From a virus (Duplodnaviria > Caudoviricetes), in IMG/VR virus record IMGVR_UViG_3300011102_000427, positions 1 to 46,355 of that record: a stretch of DNA of 46,355 bases; one strand, given 5' to 3'. A model generated the notes under the pieces. It did no database searches. It had not been told where the DNA came from and saw only the letters and a program-made list of their open reading frames with translations. This document shows, one piece after another, positions 34,481-43,855 of this stretch (position 1 is the stretch's first letter; every line of letters starts with the position of its first letter). Made by a program: the position numbers and the translations under genes.

Positions 34481-35647
34481 TTACCGGGCACCTGGGGTAA
34501 CGGTAACTTCTTCGCCCACTCCGGTCGCCGGGTTGATGACCCAGACCTTGATCGGGCGACGCAGGGCATCGGCAGCGGCCTGCGCCTCCTGCTCATTGAA
34601 CGGCGCTGCGCGAGTACCCTGACCAGGACCACCACGCCCGCCACTCCTGGCCGGGGGAGGAATTGGCGCAGGCTCGGTCGAAGGCGTCGGTGTTGCAGGG
34701 GCTGGCGGCGTGAGTGCAGGTACGCCTGCGGGCGCGACAGCAAATTCCTGACCTGCCGTAGCCGACTGCCGCGCAATGCCCAACGCCAGGTTGTGGATGG
34801 CGGCAGCCGCTCCCTGCGGGTCTTGCATCAAGGTCTCCGGGTTCCGCATCCAAGACTGCAGGGCAATATCCACTGCCTGGTTGTACCGCGACAGCCCCTG
34901 CGCCGTTTCCGACGGAGCCTTCTGCGACACAATCACATCCTTCACAGCCCGGACCTGCGCCTCGTCGTCCGACAGCCCCATCGCGAGATACGCCTTCTTC
35001 GCTTCACCAAAGGCGAACTCGACCGCCGAGGTCCCGCCTCCGGTCCCCCCACCAGCACCCGTCGTGCGCGCCTGGGCCTGGATCTTCGCGATGTTCTCTC
35101 GCGAGATGCGATCCAGCCTGGCTTCATCCGCGCGGACGGCAGAATCATCGCGACGCTGCTGGAGTTCATCCCGACCGAGTTGCAGTTGATCTCGGCGCAA
35201 GGCAGCATCATCCGCCCGCTGCACAGCCGCTTCCGCCTGGCCAGCTTTCTTCTCCTGCTCCTGCTTCTTCTGCTGCTTGAATCCCTGGAAGGTATTCATG
35301 CCGGAAAGCAGTGCATTCGCGAAGGTATCTCCGTAGTTCTGCCCCGCCTCCGGCGTGCGCATCAGGTTCGCACCGAACACCATCAAGGACCTGTTGAAAT
35401 CCGGGTCCCCAAACAGCGCTCCGATCTTCCCACCCAGCGTCGGGTGTGCGGCAGGGGGGATATACCCCGTCGTGCCCTGACCAGCATCGAACGGCTGCGG
35501 AGTGGGTGGGGTGGGCGCACCAGGCTGGGAGGCCGGCAGCATGACTGCGGCAACCTGTCGCGGATTTGCAGGATTCTCCGCCGCAGGCACTTTCCCAGGC
35601 GGCATCGCCAACGGGAATCCTGCCAGGAGTTCACCAATCGTCGCCAT
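34481..35647 (-). CDS. Putative ejection protein
   Basis: 388 aa, Ala/Gly/Gln-rich coiled coil, upstream of the giant protein. Confidence 0.65.
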   Translation of the reverse strand: MATIGELLAGFPLAMPPGKVPAAENPANPRQVAAVMLPASQPGAPTPPTPQPFDAGQGTTGYIPPAAHPTLGGKIGALFGDPDFNRSLMVFGANLMRTPEAGQNYGDTFANALLSGMNTFQGFKQQKKQEQEKKAGQAEAAVQRADDAALRRDQLQLGRDELQQRRDDSAVRADEARLDRISRENIAKIQAQARTTGAGGGTGGGTSAVEFAFGEAKKAYLAMGLSDDEAQVRAVKDVIVSQKAPSETAQGLSRYNQAVDIALQSWMRNPETLMQDPQGAAAAIHNLALGIARQSATAGQEFAVAPAGVPALTPPAPATPTPSTEPAPIPPPARSGGRGGPGQGTRAAPFNEQEAQAAADALRRPIKVWVINPATGVGEEVTVTPGAR

Positions 35648-35648
35648 G

Positions 35649-35879
35649 TTAGTATCCTCCCACCGGGCCAGTACCGAAATTGTTCACCACCTGCCCCAAG
35701 GACGGGTTCAGCTGCGCCGTCTGCCGTGACTGTGGGGCAGGCTTGGTCACAGGCAGCATTTGGGGAGGCGGCATTTGCGGCCCGCCACCCAGCGCCGCAC
35801 CGATGCTCTGTGCTGGAGTGGGAATCCCCAATCCGTTCAGCATACTGACAAGCATCATAGGATTCATACCGTTCATCAT
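35649..35879 (-). CDS. Small hypothetical virion-associated protein
   Basis: 76 aa, AGGAGG RBS, fills the gap between ejection genes. Confidence 0.55.
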   Translation of the reverse strand: MMNGMNPMMLVSMLNGLGIPTPAQSIGAALGGGPQMPPPQMLPVTKPAPQSRQTAQLNPSLGQVVNNFGTGPVGGY

Positions 35880-36706
35880 GCACCTCCTGGCACGCCGAAG
35901 GGCGACCAGCCAAGACTACCTGCAGCGCCCGCCAGCGAGGCAAGGCCACCCACAGCCTGCATCGGGTTGAACGGCGTTTTCTGCTTATTTACTACCGTCC
36001 CACCATACTGCCCCGCCGTACCCGTCAGGGCTGCAAGCTGTTGCAGGGCGAATAGTGGCGCCATCTGCTCGAACTCCCAACGCTCACGATTCGCGTTGAT
36101 CCGCGCCTGCTCATCCGCCTGCTCCGCAGCACCGACCTGCTGTTGTACGGTCGAGGGGACAAACCCTGCGGCAATGGTCTGCGGCAGTCGGTTCTGCGCA
36201 GCGTTGTACATGTTCAGCCCACGATCGAACGCTTGCATCTGCAGGTTTCCGAGCTGGCCCGCCAGGGCGTCGGAGGTGCGGCCCACGGCAAGCCCCTCGC
36301 CAATTCCCTGTCTGGTTCCGCCATAGGTCCCGCTTGCGACAGACCCACTGCGGAGTTGCGGCAGGATGTTCTCCGTCAAGTTCCTGGTCGTGTTCTGGAT
36401 CACGGAGTCCTGGGCCGCCTGGAACCCAGGAATGTTGCTCGGATTGAAGATGTTGGCGGGGTTCATCCAGAACTGCTCTCCCGCCGTCGCGGTATCCAGC
36501 AGTCCGCCGAGGTTCCCGGCAGCAGCGAGCGCACTCTCCCGCCCGGCAAGGGTGTTCGCCGTCGGCCCTGCTACTGTGTTACCAGAATAAAACTGCGGTC
36601 CGCCAGTCTGATACCAGCTCCCAAGGCCACTCTGCAGGAGATTGACATTCGCCTGCTGATTTGCTGGGAGCCGGGTTTCACTGGTGGTCTTTGATTGAGA
36701 GCCCAT
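35876..36706 (-). CDS. Putative DNA pilot/ejection protein
   Basis: MGSQSKTT start; Q/G/A-rich; GTYGGTRQG motif; hydrophobic Gly-rich C-terminus. Confidence 0.7.
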   Translation of the reverse strand: MGSQSKTTSETRLPANQQANVNLLQSGLGSWYQTGGPQFYSGNTVAGPTANTLAGRESALAAAGNLGGLLDTATAGEQFWMNPANIFNPSNIPGFQAAQDSVIQNTTRNLTENILPQLRSGSVASGTYGGTRQGIGEGLAVGRTSDALAGQLGNLQMQAFDRGLNMYNAAQNRLPQTIAAGFVPSTVQQQVGAAEQADEQARINANRERWEFEQMAPLFALQQLAALTGTAGQYGGTVVNKQKTPFNPMQAVGGLASLAGAAGSLGWSPFGVPGGA

Positions 36707-37110
36707 CAGCTGATCTCCTTAAGTAGCGTATCATCGAATTCAATAAAACCTAGCGGAGCGAGAAGTCGCTTCCAGCCACGTCGCGGGTATTGGATTTCCA
36801 GTGACCCGGCGCCCTGCGCCTTCGCCCAGGCGTAGAGAAAAAGGAAAAGATCAACGTACCATGTGCGGACCTGAGTACCACCAAGCATATAGATCAGCAC
36901 GAACTTCCGATGCATCGTCTGGTGAAGTTCAGTCAAGCAAGCAAAGGTTCCATTCTCCCCCAGCCAGAGTTGCCTGAGATTATCCTTCAAATCCCGTAGG
37001 ATATCCTCTTCCACCATCTCGTGCCCGAGCACATTTGCCCGCTTGAGCAACGGCAGGGCCACAGGCCAGGCGGTATCCAATTCATCCTTAGGAACTAACA
37101 AAATGTTCAT
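36706..37110 (-). CDS. GNAT-like virion assembly protein
   Basis: QLW...WAKAQGA...RRGWKRLL..LGF; conserved position before podovirus ejection genes. Confidence 0.6.
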   Translation of the reverse strand: MNILLVPKDELDTAWPVALPLLKRANVLGHEMVEEDILRDLKDNLRQLWLGENGTFACLTELHQTMHRKFVLIYMLGGTQVRTWYVDLFLFLYAWAKAQGAGSLEIQYPRRGWKRLLAPLGFIEFDDTLLKEIS

Positions 37111-38801
37111 AGACCAAACAGCTGATTGCCCTTACCATAGAAAGCCACAGCACCGTAGGGCGGCACATTAATGGAATACTGCCCGTCGATCAGTGGATCA
37201 AGGGAGAGTTCACCGGCTAGGCTGGAAACGCTGGAAATAGTTCCGTCGAGGAACAGCTCTCCTCCAATCGCCAGCTCTGCATTTAGAGAGGATTCCGAAT
37301 CACTCTCGCCAGACAGTTCCATCGAGAGGGAAAGCTCGCCCTCGGCGTAGGAAACTGACGAAATCGCCCCATCAAGTTCCAGGGAGGAGGAGATAGAAAG
37401 CTCGCCTTCGACATCCGACTCGGATTCTGCCACGCCTCGAAGCCCCATGGCGAAGCGGAGGGTGCCTTGAGTCGAAGATTCGCTTTCTACTGCCCCCGAA
37501 ACCCGAATTTGCAGGGAAAGCTCGGCGAAGGCGAACGAGGAACTCTCAATTACGCCGTCAAACTCGACAACCCCCTCAATCGCCAGCGATCCTTCCGTGC
37601 TCGACTCACTTTCGCTCACGCCTGCGAGAGGAATTGCGAGGGAAAGCTCACCATCCGCGCTGGATGCCGACTCGCTGACGCCCTCGAGAGTCATATCCTC
37701 GGTGACGGAGAGCTCTCCTGCGAGACTGGACTCAGAATCCGTCGTACCTTCGAGGGAAATTCCGAGAACCAGCTCCCCATCCGCCGCAGATTCACTGTCG
37801 ATCTGGCCAGAAAGCCCGATTCCCAGCGAAAGTTCGCCCTCTACGGCAGATTCACTCTCGATTACGCCTGCCAGCGTGACAGTAAACGCCAGATCGCCTT
37901 CCGCCGAGGACTCAGATTCGCTGGTTCCAGCCAGCGGAATGGCTAATCCAAGGACAGCGGACGCGGAGCTTTCGCTTGTGCTCGTGCCTGCAAGGGGAAG
38001 ACTCAGGCCGAGCGCCGCGTCCGCCGTCGAAACTGAGGTAATTGTCCCAGCAAGTCGGATTCCTAAGCCCAGTTCCGCGTCGGCGGAGGAGGCGGACGTA
38101 GAAATACCGTCCAGGTCGATGACTTCTCCGCCACCGCCAGTCGCTCCACGAAGGCCAACGAGCACGCCTGCGAGCAGGGCGTCGTTTGGGTTAGTAATCG
38201 TGAGCGAGGAGGCGCCGAGCTTCGACGTAAGAATGTGCTGGGCGCCGTTGATTTCGCCGTTGGAGTTGTAAAGCTCTGTTTGATCAGAACTACTACCATT
38301 TCCAACCGGCTGACCCCATGCGTCGATACCGAGGACCGCCATGTCGTCGACAGTCATGCCAGTCAAACCAGCGAAGACACCGCCGGCATCCGTCCCGTCT
38401 GGAAACTCTACTACGCTTCTCAGCGGATTTGTCTGATCGACGTTCTTCCAGAAAGAAACTGTACCGAGCAACCCTTCGGCGTATCCAGGGAACTCAAAGT
38501 AGAGCGTCCTTGATCCCGCCCCAGGCCAATAAGGACTGGCCGCCACCATCCCGTAGCAGGACATTTCCGGTTCGTCAGCGGCGTAATCGCCATCTCCGAC
38601 GTGGGTAAATCTAAGAACTGGCGTACCGCCCGAGGGGGCGAACGCAAGGTGATTGGCGTTACCCTGCGTCCTCCCCCCGCCAACATAGTTAACCGCATAG
38701 ACCAAAATGCAGTCAGCGTCCGCAGGGACAGTAACCGCCAAGCTACCGTTGGAAGTAGCAGCGAGCTGGTAAACCGTCCCGACGTTGACTACAGCGGCCA
38801 T
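37107..38801 (-). CDS. Fibre-associated protein with a globular N-domain and 15 tandem 20-22-aa Ser/acidic repeats
   Basis: Repeat consensus LxGxxxSxSxxxGELxL over ~37195-38115. Confidence 0.75.
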   Translation of the reverse strand: MAAVVNVGTVYQLAATSNGSLAVTVPADADCILVYAVNYVGGGRTQGNANHLAFAPSGGTPVLRFTHVGDGDYAADEPEMSCYGMVAASPYWPGAGSRTLYFEFPGYAEGLLGTVSFWKNVDQTNPLRSVVEFPDGTDAGGVFAGLTGMTVDDMAVLGIDAWGQPVGNGSSSDQTELYNSNGEINGAQHILTSKLGASSLTITNPNDALLAGVLVGLRGATGGGGEVIDLDGISTSASSADAELGLGIRLAGTITSVSTADAALGLSLPLAGTSTSESSASAVLGLAIPLAGTSESESSAEGDLAFTVTLAGVIESESAVEGELSLGIGLSGQIDSESAADGELVLGISLEGTTDSESSLAGELSVTEDMTLEGVSESASSADGELSLAIPLAGVSESESSTEGSLAIEGVVEFDGVIESSSFAFAELSLQIRVSGAVESESSTQGTLRFAMGLRGVAESESDVEGELSISSSLELDGAISSVSYAEGELSLSMELSGESDSESSLNAELAIGGELFLDGTISSVSSLAGELSLDPLIDGQYSINVPPYGAVAFYGKGNQLFGL

Positions 38802-38812
38802 CTCTCAGCTCC

Positions 38813-39247
38813 TTACGCCGGGCTGCCGATGCGAACCTGCAGCGAGCCGATCGGGAAGCTCGGAGTGTCACCTTCCGTCGGGTTCTTCGAGGTCCCCAGG
38901 GCTCCATACGCCAGCAGGGTGCCACTGGTCAAGGCGCTATAGAGGCCGAAGTGGGTGACCGTACCCCAGTCTTCGCCACTGCCCACAAGCTGTGGGAATG
39001 CCTGGGCGGTGCCATTGCTGATCACCGAGGGGTCGGCACTCGTCGCGGTACCCCAGTCGGATGCAGCTGTTGCCTTGCGCGCATAGGACGCGCCTGCTAC
39101 CTCCGTACCACCCGCGCCAGCCATGTTCGGGGCGGCGGTGAACAGGGCAAGATAGATGGTCGGAGCAGAGGCGAGGGCGCCGAAGTTGCTGGTCTTGCCG
39201 AACATGCTGTTCAGCAGGGCCTGGTGGGAATAATTCGTCAGGGGCAT
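38813..39247 (-). CDS. Small beta-rich fibre subunit
   Basis: YLALFTAAP...GGTEV...YAR...WGTVTHFGLY...GDTPSFP pattern, recalled from phage fibre proteins. Confidence 0.7.
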   Translation of the reverse strand: MPLTNYSHQALLNSMFGKTSNFGALASAPTIYLALFTAAPNMAGAGGTEVAGASYARKATAASDWGTATSADPSVISNGTAQAFPQLVGSGEDWGTVTHFGLYSALTSGTLLAYGALGTSKNPTEGDTPSFPIGSLQVRIGSPA

Positions 39248-39256
39248 TGTAGTCTC

Positions 39257-39850
39257 CTAGGGAACATATGGAACGACAGTAAATCCGCTGCCGAGCTCAT
39301 CCTTTACCTGCACGATTTTCCGTACAGCCAGGTTGGTGGGCAAGCGGACGATAGCACCTGGGTATCGCACTCCCAGGATCGTATGACCGATCACAAACTC
39401 ATCATTGCTCCAAGCCTTGTCAGCAACTTCCTGTTGTACATACTGAATCGCCGCAGCTTCCCCAGGCTGCAACGCCGTATCTGCCAGCGCAAGCGCATCC
39501 AGCACTGCATCCGCGAGGGAGAGAACAGGCTGCTGCGGGTTCGCGTTGTTGACCAGAATCTGGTCCGGCGTACCCTGCACTGAATGCACAAGCGCGCCGC
39601 CCGTTCCCTCGCCGAAGTTGTTCCAGGTCGCAGAATTCTTATCGAACCAAACTGGCTTCTTAACCCCGTCTCCCAGAGGGTCCCAGTTCGTCCCATCTGC
39701 AATCGCGATCTGCCCGTCAAAGGGCTTATCGTACGGCCGCGCCCGCTGAGGTGCCGAGGGCATATTCCTCAGTTGTTCAATCGCCAGCGCGATCCGCTGG
39801 AGTTCCTCCATTACCGAAGGATCGCCGATGAACCCAGGCGTATAGATCAT
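39257..39850 (-). CDS. Tail-associated protein
   Basis: EELQRIA...KPFDGQIAIADGTNWDP motif; lies in the tail module. Confidence 0.6.
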   Translation of the reverse strand: MIYTPGFIGDPSVMEELQRIALAIEQLRNMPSAPQRARPYDKPFDGQIAIADGTNWDPLGDGVKKPVWFDKNSATWNNFGEGTGGALVHSVQGTPDQILVNNANPQQPVLSLADAVLDALALADTALQPGEAAAIQYVQQEVADKAWSNDEFVIGHTILGVRYPGAIVRLPTNLAVRKIVQVKDELGSGFTVVPYVP

Positions 39851-40533
39851 AGCGGGTAGAAATCCTTGATCCAGGGGTTACGGGCCTGTGCTTCCTTGTG
39901 CCAGGGTTTGTAGTACGTCCCGAAGGCAGCAATCGAGGTGCCGGAAGGAAGCTGCTGAGTTCCCGGGATGGGAACCAAGTAATGCTCCGGCCCAAAGCTC
40001 GGCGTATTCGGCGAGAGCATATGGTTCATCCACTCCTGGTCCGACGCCGGGAGTTTCCCCTTCTGCTGCTCGAATTCCTCCCAGACATGGGCGTAGGCGC
40101 CAGGGGTAATAAGGTACGTGCAGCCGAGAATCTGCTTCCCCTTACGCGCGACGACGAGCGGCTCCTGGCGTCCGACGAGGGGAGAAAGAGGGCCGGTGAT
40201 CACGTCGTCGAGATCCACTTTAAACAAGCGGTCTCCGAGAACAGCTGCTTCCTTGGAGAACATCCACAGGATTCGATGGCACGCAGGATAGCGCGGATCG
40301 AGGTCCTTGTTGTTGAAGTCCACTGAAGGCATGGGGAACGGCTTGATCCTGGGGTCCAATCCCTCAGGATCATCCGTCACGCACACCATCTCGAACTGCC
40401 AGTCCATCCAGCGATCCAGCATCTTCAGCACGTTGTTGACGTGTGCAGGGGTGTAAACCCGCCGCTCCTTGTTCCCCTGCGGGGTGAGGAGTTCTCGCGG
40501 GCAGGAGTAGAGCCAGGTGACAACGGTAATCAC
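39847..40533 (-). CDS. Glycosyltransferase (GT-A fold)
   Basis: VCVTDD, DLDDVI (DxD), SDQEWM, KPW motifs. Confidence 0.8.
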   Translation of the reverse strand: MITVVTWLYSCPRELLTPQGNKERRVYTPAHVNNVLKMLDRWMDWQFEMVCVTDDPEGLDPRIKPFPMPSVDFNNKDLDPRYPACHRILWMFSKEAAVLGDRLFKVDLDDVITGPLSPLVGRQEPLVVARKGKQILGCTYLITPGAYAHVWEEFEQQKGKLPASDQEWMNHMLSPNTPSFGPEHYLVPIPGTQQLPSGTSIAAFGTYYKPWHKEAQARNPWIKDFYPL

Positions 40534-41036
40534 TATTCCTCCTCCTCCGGCCCCGGACCAGGCGCTCCGATAGCGAAGATAGAAAAGCTTTGATTTAGTG
40601 CGCCGGTAACCAGCGAATATACACCGCCGCCATCATCCTGCAGTATCAGCTGTGTAGTGATTACTTGTACCGCGGTTGCATCCTCCTCGCGGATCACCTT
40701 CAGGTGACCAATAAAATCTGGCTCGACCAGGGTCGCAACGACCACTGGAATGTCCTCGAAGAACCCTTCTTCGAACACGATACGATACACACCAGGCTCG
40801 CCACAGTTCCACTCTACCATGGCAATACCATTGTTTGCCAGGTCGGTACGAAGGCCGCTGGTTGCGTCAACATAACCGAACGCTTTGGCAAACCCGTCCC
40901 CGCCTCCACCACCGCCACCCAGCGCCGCGATCGCCGCAGCCGTGGTCTTGCGGTTCGCACCACCCTGGACTACAGGTACCAGCTCCGTTCCGGTAAGTGC
41001 ACTGGCATCCGTCATTTCCGAAATCTTCTGGCTCAT
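40533..41036 (-). CDS. Short tail fibre/spike-like protein
   Basis: N-terminal KISEM..ASALTGTELVPVVQGG attachment motif, Gly linker, small beta domain. Confidence 0.6.
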   Translation of the reverse strand: MSQKISEMTDASALTGTELVPVVQGGANRKTTAAAIAALGGGGGGGDGFAKAFGYVDATSGLRTDLANNGIAMVEWNCGEPGVYRIVFEEGFFEDIPVVVATLVEPDFIGHLKVIREEDATAVQVITTQLILQDDGGGVYSLVTGALNQSFSIFAIGAPGPGPEEEE

Positions 41037-41039
41037 TCT

Positions 41040-42245
41040 TCACTCCGGTAGGATAAATTCTGCGTCCTCCGTCAGGATCGCATGGGCCAATTCATTTCCG
41101 CTGACAAACGTCTCCAGCAGAAGGATATCGCCACCCAGGTAGTCGCCCCACGCAGGGTCTTGGCCAGCGCCGCGGGACACTGGACCTGGGTACATGAACG
41201 GAATCCCTGGGATATCCTTAATCCCAATCCCCTGGGTCACCGTATTGTAAATCAGCGCGAGCGTCGGGTAGGTCTCTCCAGACTCCGGCAGGCAGAACCA
41301 GATCTCGTTCTCCTTCTCCCACTTCACTGTAAAGCAGTTGAAGAATGAGTCAGCGGACAGCTGGTTGAACACCCACTTCCTGATCTTGTTATCAACCAGG
41401 CTTTCATCGCTTCCGCGCTGCCCACTGTGCCGGTAGATATCATCCACGCCTACGACAAAGTGCCCGCCGGGAATCGGCTGCACGCAATCCCGCCACAGCA
41501 GTCCTCGCGTGGAAAACAGCTCCCGGCGGCCGAAGATATCATTTCCGCCAATATACTGCATCGCGTGCGTCGTGCGCTGCTTGTACACGATGAACATATC
41601 CCCCAGGGTCAAGCCGTCGACCAGCTCGTCCGAGGTTTCCGCGATGTCAAAGGCGCCAGCGTCGATCGCAGGGTCATTCAGTACCCAGCTCGAAGGCACA
41701 GTGCCGGGGTCAGCTGGGTGAGACCAACGGATACGATACGGCTGGCGGACGCCGTTGTCCGTAAGATTTCCGGCAATCAAAAACTGCTTGAACGGGCGGA
41801 TGAACTTGCAGCGGACAGTCGCAGGCCAGTTTGGCAGGTCGATCAGCTTCGTCGCGTTGAACTGCAGCCACGCCTGCGGCACATCCTGGGTGTTGTTGAA
41901 GACGCCAACTCCCTGGAATACCTCCCCCATCCAACGCTCGCTGTTGATCCCCGTATAGGCACCACTCTCGCGAGTGATATCATGGTGCGCAGTGTTGTAC
42001 ATCCCCACTGCGGCATTCGAGGCATACACCCACGACGGCGTTTCGAGGGGAGGAAACATCTTCAGCCAGCGGGGCGAGAACGGCGGGGTACTGAGTGCCG
42101 GGATATACCCGCCGAAGCTGACGGCGCCTCGAGAGTTGAAGCGGAAGTTCTGCACTTCATTGAACGCTTCAGGCACCGAGACGTAAGCGCCAATATCCTG
42201 GATCAGGCCAGGGGTGCCAAAACCTGAGATCGGCAGGGAGGGCAT
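41040..42245 (-). CDS. Tail nozzle/stabilisation protein, N-terminal beta-propeller part
   Basis: PFKQFLIA, RIRWS, IVYK, EIWF repeats typical of P22 gp10/T7 gp12-like proteins; start ATG 42245. Confidence 0.75.
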   Translation of the reverse strand: MPSLPISGFGTPGLIQDIGAYVSVPEAFNEVQNFRFNSRGAVSFGGYIPALSTPPFSPRWLKMFPPLETPSWVYASNAAVGMYNTAHHDITRESGAYTGINSERWMGEVFQGVGVFNNTQDVPQAWLQFNATKLIDLPNWPATVRCKFIRPFKQFLIAGNLTDNGVRQPYRIRWSHPADPGTVPSSWVLNDPAIDAGAFDIAETSDELVDGLTLGDMFIVYKQRTTHAMQYIGGNDIFGRRELFSTRGLLWRDCVQPIPGGHFVVGVDDIYRHSGQRGSDESLVDNKIRKWVFNQLSADSFFNCFTVKWEKENEIWFCLPESGETYPTLALIYNTVTQGIGIKDIPGIPFMYPGPVSRGAGQDPAWGDYLGGDILLLETFVSGNELAHAILTEDAEFILPE

Positions 42246-42961
42246 TACGAGGGCTCCACCCACTCAGCGGTTTTCATGATATAGCACAGCGCATAATACG
42301 GCGGCATCTTATCCACCGGGTGCGTGTGGGCTGTCTGGGTAACACCGTGCGAGTGTGCCTGGCCGCCGCCAGTAGAGCTTGACCGACCCAAAGTCGCGGG
42401 AGTAGCAGTGCCCGTAGCGGTGTAGTCGTTGTCCCCCTGCGAGTCACTACGCCGTGCCATCTGGTTGGACGCAGTGAGGGTAGAGTTGGACGTAACATCC
42501 GCTGCGACCGCGTGAACGTGGCCAGGAATCTGGGATTCAGACAGTGCCGTCCCGTCAATAGTGATATTTGCCTGCCCACCGTCAGTGCTTCCGCTCGCTG
42601 CACCACCAGTCGCCCCGACAGCGTAGGCTCCCTCTGCACCAACGATGAACCTGTTTCGCAGGTCCGGCGTGCCGTTGCTGCCATTGCACAGCACCCAGCC
42701 CGTAGGAATCGCGTTGGCCGCTCCACTCCAGGCCATGATCACACCCACAGGCACGAGATGCCGGCGCAGCTCCGTCACAATCGCAGGGATCAAGTTCAGC
42801 TGCGTGTGCGACAGCGTCATTGCCCCGCCGACGTTTGGAAAACTGTTCGTGAGTACAGTCTTCAACAACCGCAGGTGGTCGTCACCTTCACGGACCTTGT
42901 CCTCTGGTGTCGGCCAGTTGGTGTTGAGCCCTGTGATATACTGTGCAACTTCCAGGCCCAT
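42245..42961 (-). CDS. Tail fibre protein with collar domain
   Basis: EGDDHLRLLK N-terminus; PVGVIMAW...GWVLCNG...PDLRNRF; PPYYALCYIMK. Confidence 0.85.
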   Translation of the reverse strand: MGLEVAQYITGLNTNWPTPEDKVREGDDHLRLLKTVLTNSFPNVGGAMTLSHTQLNLIPAIVTELRRHLVPVGVIMAWSGAANAIPTGWVLCNGSNGTPDLRNRFIVGAEGAYAVGATGGAASGSTDGGQANITIDGTALSESQIPGHVHAVAADVTSNSTLTASNQMARRSDSQGDNDYTATGTATPATLGRSSSTGGGQAHSHGVTQTAHTHPVDKMPPYYALCYIMKTAEWVEPS

Positions 42962-42967
42962 AGGTCC

Positions 42968-43609
42968 TTACTCCTGTTCGTAATCCCGATTGATCTGCTG
43001 TCGCGCTTCGCATTCCCGCCAGAAGTGGTCCCGCGCCTGGTCGAGGGGCTGCGCAATGTCCCTTGCAATGTCAGTCGCGCGAATGTGGAACCTTGCTACC
43101 TTGTCGATCGTGATCAGGGAAACCAGATCGTAAAACTCCAGCAACCAGTCGTTTGTCGTTTCGGCTGTGTTGTCCACCACAGCTTCCGTACGCGCAAGAA
43201 CCTCCCAGCGATAAGCATATGCCAGGTCCGGCGTCGGGCTGAAGTAAATCCGCTTGCCATACAGCGCATAGGCAGTGGGGCACTGCGGGTCCCAGTTCTC
43301 CGAGCGATACCGAATCTGGTCGTAGTCCTTTTTCTCCAGCGCGAGCCACTTCCCGTAATCTGGGATAAGGATACGGAAGGCGCCTTCCTCTACCTCCTGC
43401 AAAAACGAAGCAGGAAGGGCGATATAGTCTTGCTCGGCCGTGAGCTCACCCTCCAGCCGGGTTTCCATGAACCAGGGCTTGGTCGGCCCTCGCTCGAGTT
43501 CCCGGATGGTTTTGTTCAGTTCAATCACGACCTGTGTCCTGACCGTCGGGCTGGAGCGGCTCCCTAACCGGCGCATCATCAGGTCGATGTTCTCTGAGTT
43601 TGTTGCCAT
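42968..43609 (-). CDS. Head-tail adaptor (tail tubular protein A-like)
   Basis: 213 aa; YIALP, PTAY, YFSPTPD, NDWL motifs. Confidence 0.7.
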   Translation of the reverse strand: MATNSENIDLMMRRLGSRSSPTVRTQVVIELNKTIRELERGPTKPWFMETRLEGELTAEQDYIALPASFLQEVEEGAFRILIPDYGKWLALEKKDYDQIRYRSENWDPQCPTAYALYGKRIYFSPTPDLAYAYRWEVLARTEAVVDNTAETTNDWLLEFYDLVSLITIDKVARFHIRATDIARDIAQPLDQARDHFWRECEARQQINRDYEQE

Positions 43610-43612
43610 TTA

Positions 43613-43643
43613 TGTTACCATTAACTCTTAATTAACGGTCGCG
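43613..43643. promoter_or_regulatory. 31-bp palindrome, copy 6
   Basis: TGTTACCATTAA-CTCTTAA-TTAACGGTCGCG. Confidence 0.8.
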
Positions 43644-43855
43644 TTAATTCCCATCGCTGCGCGACACTTCGCCAGCGCTTCCCACGCGTCCACCAGTGCC
43701 CTGGTTGTTTCCGCCAGGGTTTTGTCCAGCGGCGGGGTCGGCAACTGGCACGCGATCACCAGGCCAGGTTCCACCTGCGGCTTCGTAGGCCCTCTGCAGA
43801 TGCAACCACACAGCAGCAGTGTGCTCGCAGTCAGCAGCAACATACCGCGTTTCAT
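43628..43855 (-). CDS. o-spanin (Rz1-like lipoprotein)
   Basis: MKRGMLLLTASTLLLCGC signal and lipobox; Pro-rich; overlaps the i-spanin in another frame. Confidence 0.75.
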   Translation of the reverse strand: MKRGMLLLTASTLLLCGCICRGPTKPQVEPGLVIACQLPTPPLDKTLAETTRALVDAWEALAKCRAAMGINATVN

